DNA from: an uncultured Clostridia bacterium
Lineage (GTDB): Bacteria; Bacillota; Clostridia; UMGS1810
Length of the DNA stretch: 64,000 bases
NCBI GenBank assembly: GCA_934481345.1
Contig: CAKSPF010000006.1
Span: 22,770-86,769 of the forward strand
Direction of reading: 5' to 3'
Below are positions 1-8,799 of this stretch, piece after piece. Made by a program: the position numbers and the translations under genes. The notes below the pieces were generated by a model. It did no database searches. It was not told the origin of the DNA and saw nothing but the letters and a program-made list of their open reading frames with translations. Position 1 is the stretch's first letter; each line of letters begins with the position of its first letter.

Positions 1-41
1 GCAAGAGCACCGGAAAGAAGCTGTCTGAATATTTTTTTCAT
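1..41 (-). CDS. 5' end of an unidentified CDS running off the window (MKKIFRQLLSGAL..., signal-peptide-like)
   Basis: Minus-strand ATG at about 39-41, preceded by AAGGAGA. It lies 30 nt downstream of the SLH protein gene on the same strand. Too short to assign a function. Confidence 0.3.
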   Translation of the reverse strand, partial: MKKIFRQLLSGAL

Positions 42-70
42 AATATTTTCTCCTTAATTGTCAAAATTTA

Positions 71-3000
71 TTATTCACTTAAATACAGGTAGAAAACGGA
101 ATTTGCTCCTGTAGTTGAGCTGCTGGCGGAGTTTGCGTCCACTACAACCCTGAGATTATTTACAAGACCTTCATACAAATCCGCAAATTCTCCTCTCTTT
201 ACCTCAAAGGTGCCGTCTTTTAGCTTTCTGCACAGCACAACGCTGCTTTTTTCCGCTCTGGAAATAAAGCAATCACTGAGTCCGGGTTCATAGTCATCCT
301 TATCCTCATAAAACCACGGCAAGACCGCAACTGCGTCTTCGTTTATATCATATATTTTACCCATTGTAAATCTTCTTTTCCCGAAATTTGAATTTGTCGA
401 AGTGACCACGCCGTCATCCAACTTATCATTACTGTAATCATATATGACATTCGCCGCAGTAAACGCTGCATTTCCGTCAGTGTTGTATGTAAACGACGGA
501 GAATAAAACGTAACCAGGTCTCCCGGCTCAACGTCGGTTAAAATTTCTTCCGGCGACAAGTCGGATATTTTTTTGGAATACACCGACACATTTCCGAGTT
601 TTGATGAATCATTAACATATCTGTATTTAAAACTTCCGAGTGTTTTCGTTTTTATCTCCGCTATTTTATAAGTTTTGGGATAAATGCTGTAAAATCTCTT
701 GTATCCCCAGTCGGTAACAGACTCTTCTCCCATTATATAATAGCTGTCGACATTATATCCGAATTCGGATCCGCTCTTTGCTCTGTTTGTAACAACTCCG
801 GACGATCCCTGGGATACCACAAGCGTATCATAGTCCAAAAACGTTACCGCAAGCTGTGCAGTTGGGTAATCGGGAGTAAATGTGTAAAAATCCATTTTTT
901 GTGTATATTCGTCCTTTAAGTTCGTGTATGTGCCGTTAAAGCACAATTCGTAACAATCCGCATATGAGCAGTCCGGGTCTGGAATTATAAAATTCACCGA
1001 TTTTCCCGCAAACAGTATTTGAGAACCGTCATATAATGAATAGTAAATTCCGTCCCGCTTGTAATACGTCTGTCCCGGAACCGTCATGTATGAGAGTCTG
1101 CCCTCTTGTTTCCCGTATATCGGAAGCTGAACTTCATATATCACATAATCCGAATCTGCCTTGTAAATAACAAGCTTGTTGCCAAAAATAAATCTGAGCA
1201 CATCAAGCGAATACTTACTTCCGTCCTCACCGTATTTTTCGTATTCGTCTTTAAGCTTATAGTACAGATCCACCTTTTCCTGTATCACAGCTCCTGTTTC
1301 GGTATCAATATAAAATTCCGATGGATTTTCTATAAACAGGCAGCTTTCCTCAATGTTTTTTATTTTAAAATCAGCGGCCGTATCAAAATCTGTGACACGC
1401 ATTGTTCTTAATTCCGTCGGATAATCATACATTTTCAGCCGAACTTTGTTTTTAAGCGAGCTTTCCTTTGCAACTGCCAGCATTACGCCAAAGTTTGCAG
1501 CCGTATATGTATTTGCCCCTACCGGGTTATCCACACCGAGTATTCCCGAATTTTTATCAAAAGTAAAAACGGTATATCCCGCAAGCTCGCCGTCCGAATT
1601 GAAAAACATCTTGTAGGTTGAATATGCCGTAAGCAAAAGCTCATCGACATGGGATTCAAAAGAATTTGAAACACCGCATCTTATAACCGGGATTTCATTG
1701 TCTTTGCCGCCAACCATGCTTCCGATGTAGCCTGAGCCTCTGTTGGTCTGCTCTGCTTCCTCAAGTTCAAGAGTGGTTTTTCCGTTTTCAACGGATTTTG
1801 AGCGTACTCTTGCATACATTGAGTCTGTTGTTACAAAAATGGTATACAGTTTCGGACCTGTCAATCCTTCTTTTATTCTTAGTACGTTATTTCCCGCTAT
1901 TTTATTAAACGCCGATTGTTCCCCTTTGTCGGTTTTCACTATAAAATAATCGTTATCATTATATTTTACGGTTTCACCGTAAGGATTTGCGACAGATTCA
2001 TTATCTTTATTTACAAAGCTTACAAAAAAGTCCTTATATACGTCTATAATAACAATTTCGTATTTGGAATCTCTGTCGTTGTCTACAAGAACTATCTTTT
2101 CAAGCTCATAGCCGCTTTTACTTCCGCAGCCATTCAGCATTTCAATCACGGCTGAAATATCGGCCGTATATTGACCGTTATATATAAAGTCAATATCGGA
2201 ATTGTTAATGCTGATTTTTTTATTCGTTTTTTGAGTTGTAAAAGAATTTATTTCTTCGTTTCTGTGATAATAAAACGTCCTGTTGGAAATATCAAAATTA
2301 TCAAATTCATCACCGGTTATAACAAGCTCTTTGTTTTCATACTTTATAACGCACAAAGCTTTTTCGGTATGACCTTTGCTTCTGTAAAACACCTTGACAT
2401 TGCAGCCCAGATATTCATGATTAATCTCATCGGAAGTGAAAATATAATTTGTACCGTCTGTACTCTTTACGGCAAACTGATTATCTTTTAATGAATAATT
2501 GCCGTACAAAGAAGAGTATTTATCTGCAAAGTATATTCCCTCGGTACTTTTTAATCCAAAGATGTTTTCCATGATAGTTGTGCTTTTTTCGGTATAAGCC
2601 TCGATATTTTCTCCGTTAATATATGAAATAACGGGATTTAAAAGCAATGCATCATAAACCGCTTTATAGAGCTGTCCTTCAGATACCGTACCGTCTTCGG
2701 ATATATTGCTTTTATCTATAATATCAAGTTTTATTGCAACGGTGATATATCCGGATTTCGAATAATTGTACTTTTCAGCCATGCGTTCATAACCGGCTGC
2801 CCGAACAAGCATTTTTGAAAGTTCGCTTACGGTAATATTATCATTCGGCATGAAGTTAATACCGTCTGTTGGTTTAACGATACCAAGCTGAGACGCAATT
2901 GCAACCTGTCTGAAATATCCGTTTCCTGTCGGAATATCCGCAAACAGTGTTTTTTTCTCTACCGTCATTGGTGCATTCGGTCCGAATGCCGCATTCAAAA

Positions 3001-3193
3001 CTTCTACTGCCTGTATTTTGGTGACAACATTGCTTTCAAGAGCTTCTGCGTCCGGTTCGGATTTAATTATTCCGAGACTTGCCAAAACACCTGCTGCCTC
3101 CGTATAGTCCGCCGATGCACCGGCGGTTATATATGATGAAGAAATAACAGCTGTCATTAAAATCATCAGTACACATAAAAATGTTTTTTTCAT
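71..3193 (-). CDS. Large secreted cell-surface protein with N-terminal SLH-like repeats; C-terminal ~850 aa of unknown function
   Basis: 1040-aa ORF with signal peptide MKKTFLCVLMILMTAVISSSYITAGASA. An SLH-like segment reads FADIPTGNGYFRQVAIASQLGIVKPTDGINFMPNDNITVSELSKMLVRAAGY, flanked by two weaker copies. It starts 4 nt after the stop of the upstream gene. Confidence 0.75.
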   Translation of the reverse strand: MKKTFLCVLMILMTAVISSSYITAGASADYTEAAGVLASLGIIKSEPDAEALESNVVTKIQAVEVLNAAFGPNAPMTVEKKTLFADIPTGNGYFRQVAIASQLGIVKPTDGINFMPNDNITVSELSKMLVRAAGYERMAEKYNYSKSGYITVAIKLDIIDKSNISEDGTVSEGQLYKAVYDALLLNPVISYINGENIEAYTEKSTTIMENIFGLKSTEGIYFADKYSSLYGNYSLKDNQFAVKSTDGTNYIFTSDEINHEYLGCNVKVFYRSKGHTEKALCVIKYENKELVITGDEFDNFDISNRTFYYHRNEEINSFTTQKTNKKISINNSDIDFIYNGQYTADISAVIEMLNGCGSKSGYELEKIVLVDNDRDSKYEIVIIDVYKDFFVSFVNKDNESVANPYGETVKYNDNDYFIVKTDKGEQSAFNKIAGNNVLRIKEGLTGPKLYTIFVTTDSMYARVRSKSVENGKTTLELEEAEQTNRGSGYIGSMVGGKDNEIPVIRCGVSNSFESHVDELLLTAYSTYKMFFNSDGELAGYTVFTFDKNSGILGVDNPVGANTYTAANFGVMLAVAKESSLKNKVRLKMYDYPTELRTMRVTDFDTAADFKIKNIEESCLFIENPSEFYIDTETGAVIQEKVDLYYKLKDEYEKYGEDGSKYSLDVLRFIFGNKLVIYKADSDYVIYEVQLPIYGKQEGRLSYMTVPGQTYYKRDGIYYSLYDGSQILFAGKSVNFIIPDPDCSYADCYELCFNGTYTNLKDEYTQKMDFYTFTPDYPTAQLAVTFLDYDTLVVSQGSSGVVTNRAKSGSEFGYNVDSYYIMGEESVTDWGYKRFYSIYPKTYKIAEIKTKTLGSFKYRYVNDSSKLGNVSVYSKKISDLSPEEILTDVEPGDLVTFYSPSFTYNTDGNAAFTAANVIYDYSNDKLDDGVVTSTNSNFGKRRFTMGKIYDINEDAVAVLPWFYEDKDDYEPGLSDCFISRAEKSSVVLCRKLKDGTFEVKRGEFADLYEGLVNNLRVVVDANSASSSTTGANSVFYLYLSE

Positions 3194-3197
3194 ACCG

Positions 3198-5987
3198 CTA
3201 TTCTCCTTTCACAATCTCATAATTAAGAGAGTATACATCGGCATTGACCGTAAAGGTAATTGAACCGTCCGCATTTTCCTTAGTTACAAGCTTTTTAAGT
3301 CTTTTACCCGCGTCATCAAGGGCATACACGCTGTATCCCGCCGCGTTTCCTATTGTGACATCGGCAAGCAGCGGTTCGTATATTATAGGTGCTTCACCGG
3401 CGCTTTCCACCCAGATATCCGATGAATTGAAATGGGTATTAAGCGTTCTTGAGCCCAGTATAAACAGCATTTTTTCACTGTCCTCAATATCCTTGCCGTC
3501 TTTTGAAACAAGTCCCGTATATCCGTATGAAGCATATACGTCTATATACAGTCTGCCGTATTTTTTTGGCTTTGAAACATCGCCGACAAAGGCAATCGCT
3601 TTATCATTCATTGCAAAAAACATGCTGCCTGCAAAGTCAAAATACAATCCGCCGTTGGACGTGATGCCTTTTTTATCAGCCATGCTTTGTACGTCCGTTG
3701 CGGCACTTGTAAATTTAACCGAAGATTTATTCGAGAAAAACGAATTAAAACCGGGAGTTTTAAACTGTCTGTATATGTTAGGTGTAATTCCGTTCAGAGT
3801 ATTTTTATCCTTGTACAAATAATCTGTATTAAAGTTTATGCACTTCGTCTTTTCAAGCTCATCGGTATTGTAATAAAGAGCTGCCGTAAGCTGCGAAAGC
3901 GAGAGCAATACCGGATTTGAATATGTGCTGTACAAATCCTCATATTTATCCTCACATATCATGTCATTAACAAAGCAATACTGTATAGGCGTCCAATTCT
4001 GCTGTGCCGCCAGAACCGACATAAGTATCGACTTTTCGGATGCCGTGGGGCTCAGAACTCCCGTTCCCCATTCGCTTACAACAAACGGAACACCTTGCGC
4101 CCGATTTTCCGCAAGCTCCATAAAATCCTCGCCGTCATGAGTATCGCCGACCGTTATCGAAGAATACTCCCCGTACCACATATCATCCTGAAGCTGCTGC
4201 CTTCCGTAACCGGTTGCATTTACTGCGTTTACGGAAATAAAATCCGCATATTTGCTCTGCGAATATGAATTATACGGAGTGTAATTATCCCATGTATTTG
4301 TAACGCCTGTTATCAGTCCGTCATAACCGGTGTCCTTTACTGCCTCGCAAATGCTGCTGAAGTATTCTTCCTGAACGGCACCCAAAAATTCATATACATC
4401 TTTTCGGTGCGCGTCATCGTAATAAAGACCGTATTTCCAGTTTCCGTTCAGAGCAACCGTACCGTCCTCTATTGATTCATCATCATAGACTACTTTCCAG
4501 CTCTTTTTAAACTGTTCGGTTGTTTTATATTTATCCTTTAAATATTTATTAAATTTTTCGGTAAGGAGTTTTTGCTTTTTATCACTTGTCAATGAAAAAT
4601 CCGAATTGCCAAGTCTGAAATTAAACATAGTGTTTCTGTTCGCCAAGTCTATCATTACTACCGACTCATCATTTGCAAAGGTCATACCGGTATATTTATT
4701 TTTGTACGAAAGAAGAGTTTTTGCAAATTCCTTTTGCCTGCTTATAAGCTCATCATCAAACAGACCGCTAAGCTTCCAACCGTCCTTAATATCTTCGCCG
4801 TCGCCCTGCGCCGTACCGAGAAGCGAAAAATATGTATATATCCCCTTTTCTTTAAGAAGGCTCTGAAAATATGAGAGTCTTTCAAGCCTTTCGGCTGTAA
4901 GCTCTTCTTTGTCCATATCAACAAATCTTACAAGATTATATCCGCAGCGGGCAATCCTCGACGCGGTTTTTTCTGCCGTTTCTTTATCGGGGCAGCAAGC
5001 CTGTCCGGTTATATTCGTTCCCCAGAATTTTGCTTTTGTACCGTCCGCAAATACAAAGTTTTCTCCGTCTGCTTTAAGGCGGCCGTGTTTGCCTGCCGGT
5101 GCGTCAAGATATTTTGAAGAATCAAGTATTGTTCCGTCAAATTCTTTTTCATCCACCGGTTTTGCAGCAGCCCATGTACCTGCGGCGCTTGCTTTAAGGC
5201 TTTGTGCCGAAGAAGAAGCGTCAACCGGGAAGCTGAGACCGCTTCGAACCATTGTAACTCCTACAATTCCCATACAAACATAATCACCGTATGCCTTGAG
5301 TTTAACACTTTTAATTTTTTTGTCCGGATGTGGATTGTTAAGAGCAAAAACATTAAGAGATATAACGGATGACGAGGGATTTGAACCGGTCCATGCCGTT
5401 CTCATAAAAGCCGTAGTCCTTGTGCCCCAGTAATCCGCAATATGCGTGCCGGCTATGATTTCATACATGGCGCTTGTGCCGTCCTCATACACGAATCCGT
5501 ATTTACCTGCCTTTTTTCCTACGGTACCCCATGCCGCTCCATGCAATACATACATTCCCTCGGCAGTATCGTTTACGGGTATTTCAACCTCAAGAGGCAA
5601 AAACTCTTTATTCTGACCTCTGAGCATTATACAGGATTTACCTCCGTTATCCGACGGTTCTATGAAATTGAAAGGAATATTATACAAATATGTGTTTCCC
5701 CTTAAATTAAAAGAAGCCAAATCGTTGGCAGGTCCCTGATCTGACCAGCCGCCCTGTTCATTTTCCGCTTCATCATCGGCATATCCCATATTGCACACCG
5801 AGCTTATATCAAGCGGGTAGCAGACTTTTTTTGTTTTGTAATAAACTCTTTCGTTTATTTGATTTACTGCATATTCTATTGTTTCCTCACCTGACGTATT
5901 TTCCGTCACGGCAGGCGCCTCGTCCGCACAGCAGACAGATGCAGTCAGAATTGTAAATGCAAGTACGGTTAATAATATTTTTTTCAT
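3198..5987 (-). CDS. Secreted multidomain glycoside-hydrolase-like protein (N-terminal beta-rich domain plus TIM-barrel clan GH-A-like core)
   Basis: 929-aa ORF with signal peptide MKKILLTVLAFTILTASVCCA. The segment KFWGTNITGQACCPDKETAEKTASRIARCGYNLVRF resembles the N-terminal strands of GH5-like barrels. FVVSEWG is a candidate nucleophile strand. The start overlaps the upstream stop by 1 nt (TAATG). Confidence 0.65.
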   Translation of the reverse strand: MKKILLTVLAFTILTASVCCADEAPAVTENTSGEETIEYAVNQINERVYYKTKKVCYPLDISSVCNMGYADDEAENEQGGWSDQGPANDLASFNLRGNTYLYNIPFNFIEPSDNGGKSCIMLRGQNKEFLPLEVEIPVNDTAEGMYVLHGAAWGTVGKKAGKYGFVYEDGTSAMYEIIAGTHIADYWGTRTTAFMRTAWTGSNPSSSVISLNVFALNNPHPDKKIKSVKLKAYGDYVCMGIVGVTMVRSGLSFPVDASSSAQSLKASAAGTWAAAKPVDEKEFDGTILDSSKYLDAPAGKHGRLKADGENFVFADGTKAKFWGTNITGQACCPDKETAEKTASRIARCGYNLVRFVDMDKEELTAERLERLSYFQSLLKEKGIYTYFSLLGTAQGDGEDIKDGWKLSGLFDDELISRQKEFAKTLLSYKNKYTGMTFANDESVVMIDLANRNTMFNFRLGNSDFSLTSDKKQKLLTEKFNKYLKDKYKTTEQFKKSWKVVYDDESIEDGTVALNGNWKYGLYYDDAHRKDVYEFLGAVQEEYFSSICEAVKDTGYDGLITGVTNTWDNYTPYNSYSQSKYADFISVNAVNATGYGRQQLQDDMWYGEYSSITVGDTHDGEDFMELAENRAQGVPFVVSEWGTGVLSPTASEKSILMSVLAAQQNWTPIQYCFVNDMICEDKYEDLYSTYSNPVLLSLSQLTAALYYNTDELEKTKCINFNTDYLYKDKNTLNGITPNIYRQFKTPGFNSFFSNKSSVKFTSAATDVQSMADKKGITSNGGLYFDFAGSMFFAMNDKAIAFVGDVSKPKKYGRLYIDVYASYGYTGLVSKDGKDIEDSEKMLFILGSRTLNTHFNSSDIWVESAGEAPIIYEPLLADVTIGNAAGYSVYALDDAGKRLKKLVTKENADGSITFTVNADVYSLNYEIVKGE

Positions 5988-7510
5988 TACTGCACCTCCT
6001 TAAGCCTTAGAGCCATTATCGTCATCTTAGGAACAAGATAGCCGTCTGCTGCTTTTCCGTCATCAAATTTCTCATTTACTTTGTCAATCTGTTTCTTGCC
6101 TTTATAATTGGAGGCAAGCTTTCCGCCCTCTGTAGGAAGCATAACTTCTTTTTCAACAACAGTATACTTTTTCTTAAAATCAAAGTTTATATAGTAGTCC
6201 GTATCATCGGAGTTATTGACCATTATAAGATTCATTCCGTCATCTGTCTTTATTGCTGCTCCGGATATTTTGCTCGCCGTACCTATATCAAAGTCTGTGA
6301 CGGATGATTCATACGCTTTTCCCACACCGTATTTTTGAAACATTGCAAGCGTCATAGCAGCAGCATTTAATTTATACTTACCATCAGTGTCAAGATAATA
6401 CATTGAATAGCTTGTTCCGGCATTCGTTGCAAAGAGATTTGCCTTTGATATATTTTCCTGTCTTATCCGTCTTAACAAATAATCCGCAACCGCTCTTCCT
6501 CCTGCAAAATACATACATCCGCCCATGCCGCCGGCCACTGCGTCCGAGCCCTCCATTACGGAAAGCGTACCTTGAGCATTGTACTCTGTAACAACTATGC
6601 CAATCTTATTTTTGCCGAATTTCTTGTCCAAGACCTCTCCTGTCTCTACAAAGTTCATTTCATTGGCATATGCGGCATCCATGGCAAAATATCCGTGTTT
6701 TACATAATACTGTACTTCATTTCCGAGTTCATTAAGCATAGCATTGTCCCAATTGCTTTTTATACCTTCCATAAGATCTCCCGTAAGCGCTATCGGCGCA
6801 TCGGGCTTTACACTTCGTATAGCGGCTATTACCTCTTTGCATTTTTGGATATAAATTTTATAGTTTATAAACATATGTGAGAATATACCGAAATCATACT
6901 CATTTCCCATTTCCCACTCGGCAACGTTTACGGGATTAACCATTCCGCCGGCAATTCTTTTTTGCGCCCAGTTTATGCCGCCGTTATAGTTTTTCTTGCC
7001 ATCGCCGTAGAAATACTCGGCAAGATCTGCCATACTCTCCGGAGATTCATGCAATAAATTAACGGTATATGCTACAGTTCCTTTTCCCGGGTTAAACGCA
7101 TCGGCAAGCTTTGCAAGTTCCAGTACGCCGAATGCCGACTTCATTTGTACAGCATTTCCGGTGCCGATAGAATAGCTTTTTCTTTCGCTGATATTTCCGA
7201 GGTTTTCCTTCCACATATAACCTGTCGAAGTTACACCTGCCATACGAAAATGCTCAAATGAAAGTCCCTGTTCCTTCATATCGGAAACAAACTTACGGTT
7301 AATTCCCGATCCCTCCGCGTAATTAGTTATGTATGCACTGTTTGACGGAAGCCATTCAGAACCTACACCATACATTTCCATAGTAACATCTCTGAACTCG
7401 TTATCTTCATTAACGGTAAATGTTATGCTGTTGTCGACGGCTGCAAAAGACGAAGATACCGTCATGCATGCTGTCAGAACACCTGCTGAAATGCACTTCA
7501 TTAGTTTCAT
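5987..7510 (-). CDS. Secreted clan GH-A glycoside hydrolase, GH51/GH39/GH79-like (arabinofuranosidase-like fold)
   Basis: The ORF track gives 5987..7627. I prefer the internal ATG at 7510 (MKLMKCISAGVLTACMTVSSSFA signal peptide), which is preceded by AAGGAG 9 nt upstream. Motifs: FRMAGVTSTGYMWKENLG (compare GH51 R-x-PGG...Y-x-W), WEMGNEYDF (GNE acid/base) and VVTEYNA (candidate nucleophile). Confidence 0.65.
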   Translation of the reverse strand: MKLMKCISAGVLTACMTVSSSFAAVDNSITFTVNEDNEFRDVTMEMYGVGSEWLPSNSAYITNYAEGSGINRKFVSDMKEQGLSFEHFRMAGVTSTGYMWKENLGNISERKSYSIGTGNAVQMKSAFGVLELAKLADAFNPGKGTVAYTVNLLHESPESMADLAEYFYGDGKKNYNGGINWAQKRIAGGMVNPVNVAEWEMGNEYDFGIFSHMFINYKIYIQKCKEVIAAIRSVKPDAPIALTGDLMEGIKSNWDNAMLNELGNEVQYYVKHGYFAMDAAYANEMNFVETGEVLDKKFGKNKIGIVVTEYNAQGTLSVMEGSDAVAGGMGGCMYFAGGRAVADYLLRRIRQENISKANLFATNAGTSYSMYYLDTDGKYKLNAAAMTLAMFQKYGVGKAYESSVTDFDIGTASKISGAAIKTDDGMNLIMVNNSDDTDYYINFDFKKKYTVVEKEVMLPTEGGKLASNYKGKKQIDKVNEKFDDGKAADGYLVPKMTIMALRLKEVQ

Positions 7511-7552
7511 TGCACATATCTCCTTTGCTGTGTTTTTTATCTTTTTTGAAGA

Positions 7553-7595
7553 AAAAACGTAAAATAAAAAAGACAAATCCAAGAGATTTGTCTTT
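7553..7595 (-). terminator. Strong intrinsic terminator located 45-85 nt upstream of the GH operon start codon
   Basis: On the minus strand: AAGACAAATC-TCTTG-GATTTGTCTT, a perfect 10-bp stem, followed by TTTTATTTTACGTTTTTT. Confidence 0.7.
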
Positions 7596-7628
7596 AAATA
7601 ACATTTATATAATACTATCACAAACAAA

Positions 7629-7649
7629 GGATACTTTCACAGTGTATCC
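7629..7649 (-). terminator. Second terminator-like hairpin in the same leader/orphan transcript region
   Basis: On the minus strand: GGATAC-ACTGTGAAA-GTATCC followed by TTTGTTTGTG. Weaker than the 7553-7595 element. Confidence 0.4.
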
Positions 7650-7930
7650 CTCAAAAGCCGATATGCAGAGAGTGCCTGTACAATCCATAAAATACAAACA
7701 AAACGACTCCGGCATATACATTAAAAGTATTAAATAAAAGCTAAGTATCCAAGCCAATCCCTTACTGTAATATTATACTATAAGAAAAAAGCTTTTTTAA
7801 TTGACAATTTGAATAATTATTTACAATATTTTTGGTAATTATACACAACAGACCGTGCTTTATTGAACTTTTATTACCTTTTGAGAATAATAAGTATGAA
7901 GAAAACGTCAAAACTATATTGTTTTTTCAG

Positions 7931-7964
7931 CAAAAAAAACGGAACAAAGCGAACTTTGTTCCGT
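7931..7964 (-). terminator. Intrinsic terminator of tRNA-Glu
   Basis: On the minus strand: ACGGAACAAAG-TTCG-CTTTGTTCCGT, a perfect 11-bp stem, followed by a run of T. It lies immediately after the tRNA CCA end. Confidence 0.85.
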
Positions 7965-8039
7965 TGGTGACCCCTACGGGAATCGAACCCATGATTGCGC
8001 CTTGAGAGGGCGCCGTCTTAACCGCTTGACCAAGGGGCC
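7965..8039 (-). tRNA. tRNA-Glu, anticodon CUC, genomically encoded CCA
   Basis: The reverse complement is GGCCCCTTGGTCAAGCGGTTAAGACGGCGCCCTCTCAAGGCGCAATCATGGGTTCGATTCCCGTAGGGGTCACCA. It folds by hand into a cloverleaf. The acceptor stem is GGCCCCT/AGGGGTC. The anticodon stem GCGCC/GGCGC closes the loop CU-CUC-AA. The T arm carries loop TTCGATT. Confidence 0.9.
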
Positions 8040-8058
8040 TTAACAACATTACTAAAAC

Positions 8059-8087
8059 AGAATACCACATATATGCAAAAAATGCAA
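8059..8087 (-). promoter_or_regulatory. Sigma-A-type promoter for tRNA-Glu
   Basis: On the minus strand: TTGCAT, 17 nt, TATTCT, with a TGn extended -10. It lies about 20 nt upstream of the tRNA 5' end. Confidence 0.5.
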
Positions 8088-8160
8088 GATATTTTTTGGA
8101 TTTTTTCAAAATAATTTAAAAAAATTCAAAAATTACAAAAACCCCTATGTCTTAAGAGCA

Positions 8161-8799
8161 TTATACCCGAAGCCCCGTCAGGGAATATTCCACCCATTCG
8201 CTTATATTTGTGGCATGATCTGCTATTCTCTCCAGATACTTTGCTATCATCAGCAAATCAATATAGTACTCGCCTTTGGAATTATCCTGTGATATAAGCT
8301 TTATCAGTTCTTTTTTTATTTTCAAAAACCATTTATCCACAACATCATCATATTTCTGCACAAAATGTGCAAGCTCAAGATCGCCTTTTACAAATGACTC
8401 TATGCTGCCCGAAACCATTTTTACAGCTTCGTGCGCCATTTGCTTTATATCGTCCTCGTTGTTTTCTTTAAGACCGACGATATATTTTGCGATTTGTGCA
8501 ATATCTGCCGCCTGGTCGCCTATCCGTTCCATATCCGAAATCATTTTAAGCGCCGACGATATTTTCCTGAGGTCCGTCGCAACAGGCTGCTGATGTAAAA
8601 TAAGCTTTATGCAAAGTCCCTCTATATCTCTTTCCTTTTGGTCTATTTCCTTGTCTTTTTCGTTTACAAGCTCCGCAAGACTTTCGTCATCTTCGGTAAG
8701 TATTCTTATTGAAAGCGATATTACCTGTTCACACATATTGCCCATGCTTATAAGCTCTTCGTTTAAAAAGTTAAGCTGTTTTTCAAAATTGCTTCTCAT
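8161..8799 (-). CDS. phoU: Phosphate signalling complex protein PhoU
   Basis: 212-aa protein with two PhoU repeats (motifs ERIGDQAADIAQ and ERIADHATNISE). It is the last gene of the pst operon, and its start overlaps the pstB stop. Confidence 0.9.
   Translation of the reverse strand: MRSNFEKQLNFLNEELISMGNMCEQVISLSIRILTEDDESLAELVNEKDKEIDQKERDIEGLCIKLILHQQPVATDLRKISSALKMISDMERIGDQAADIAQIAKYIVGLKENNEDDIKQMAHEAVKMVSGSIESFVKGDLELAHFVQKYDDVVDKWFLKIKKELIKLISQDNSKGEYYIDLLMIAKYLERIADHATNISEWVEYSLTGLRV

Noticed and set aside
5987-7627. N-terminal extensions offered by the ORF track here and at 21967..22569 (coaD), 22424..23041 (rsmD), 55890..56651 (ylmE), 45984..47024 (prmA), 47054..47941 (rsmA), 13573..14730, 42846..44165 (eno) and 44703..45179.
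   Set aside because: In each case an internal start codon with a good Shine-Dalgarno sequence reproduces the canonical family N-terminus or signal peptide. The extension has no RBS and often overlaps the neighbouring gene.
7801-7850. Plus-strand promoter-like TTGACA-17-CAATAT.
   Set aside because: There is no plus-strand gene or structured RNA downstream; it would run antisense into the tRNA. It is probably a chance match in AT-rich DNA.
1-8100. The GH/SLH operon as a genomic island integrated at tRNA-Glu.
   Set aside because: I saw no integrase, recombinase, transposase or direct repeat of the tRNA 3' end in the window. The operon runs off the left edge, so this cannot be excluded, but nothing supports it.
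7927-8109. 60-aa ORF on the minus strand.
   Set aside because: It is fully explained by the tRNA-Glu gene together with its terminator and promoter.
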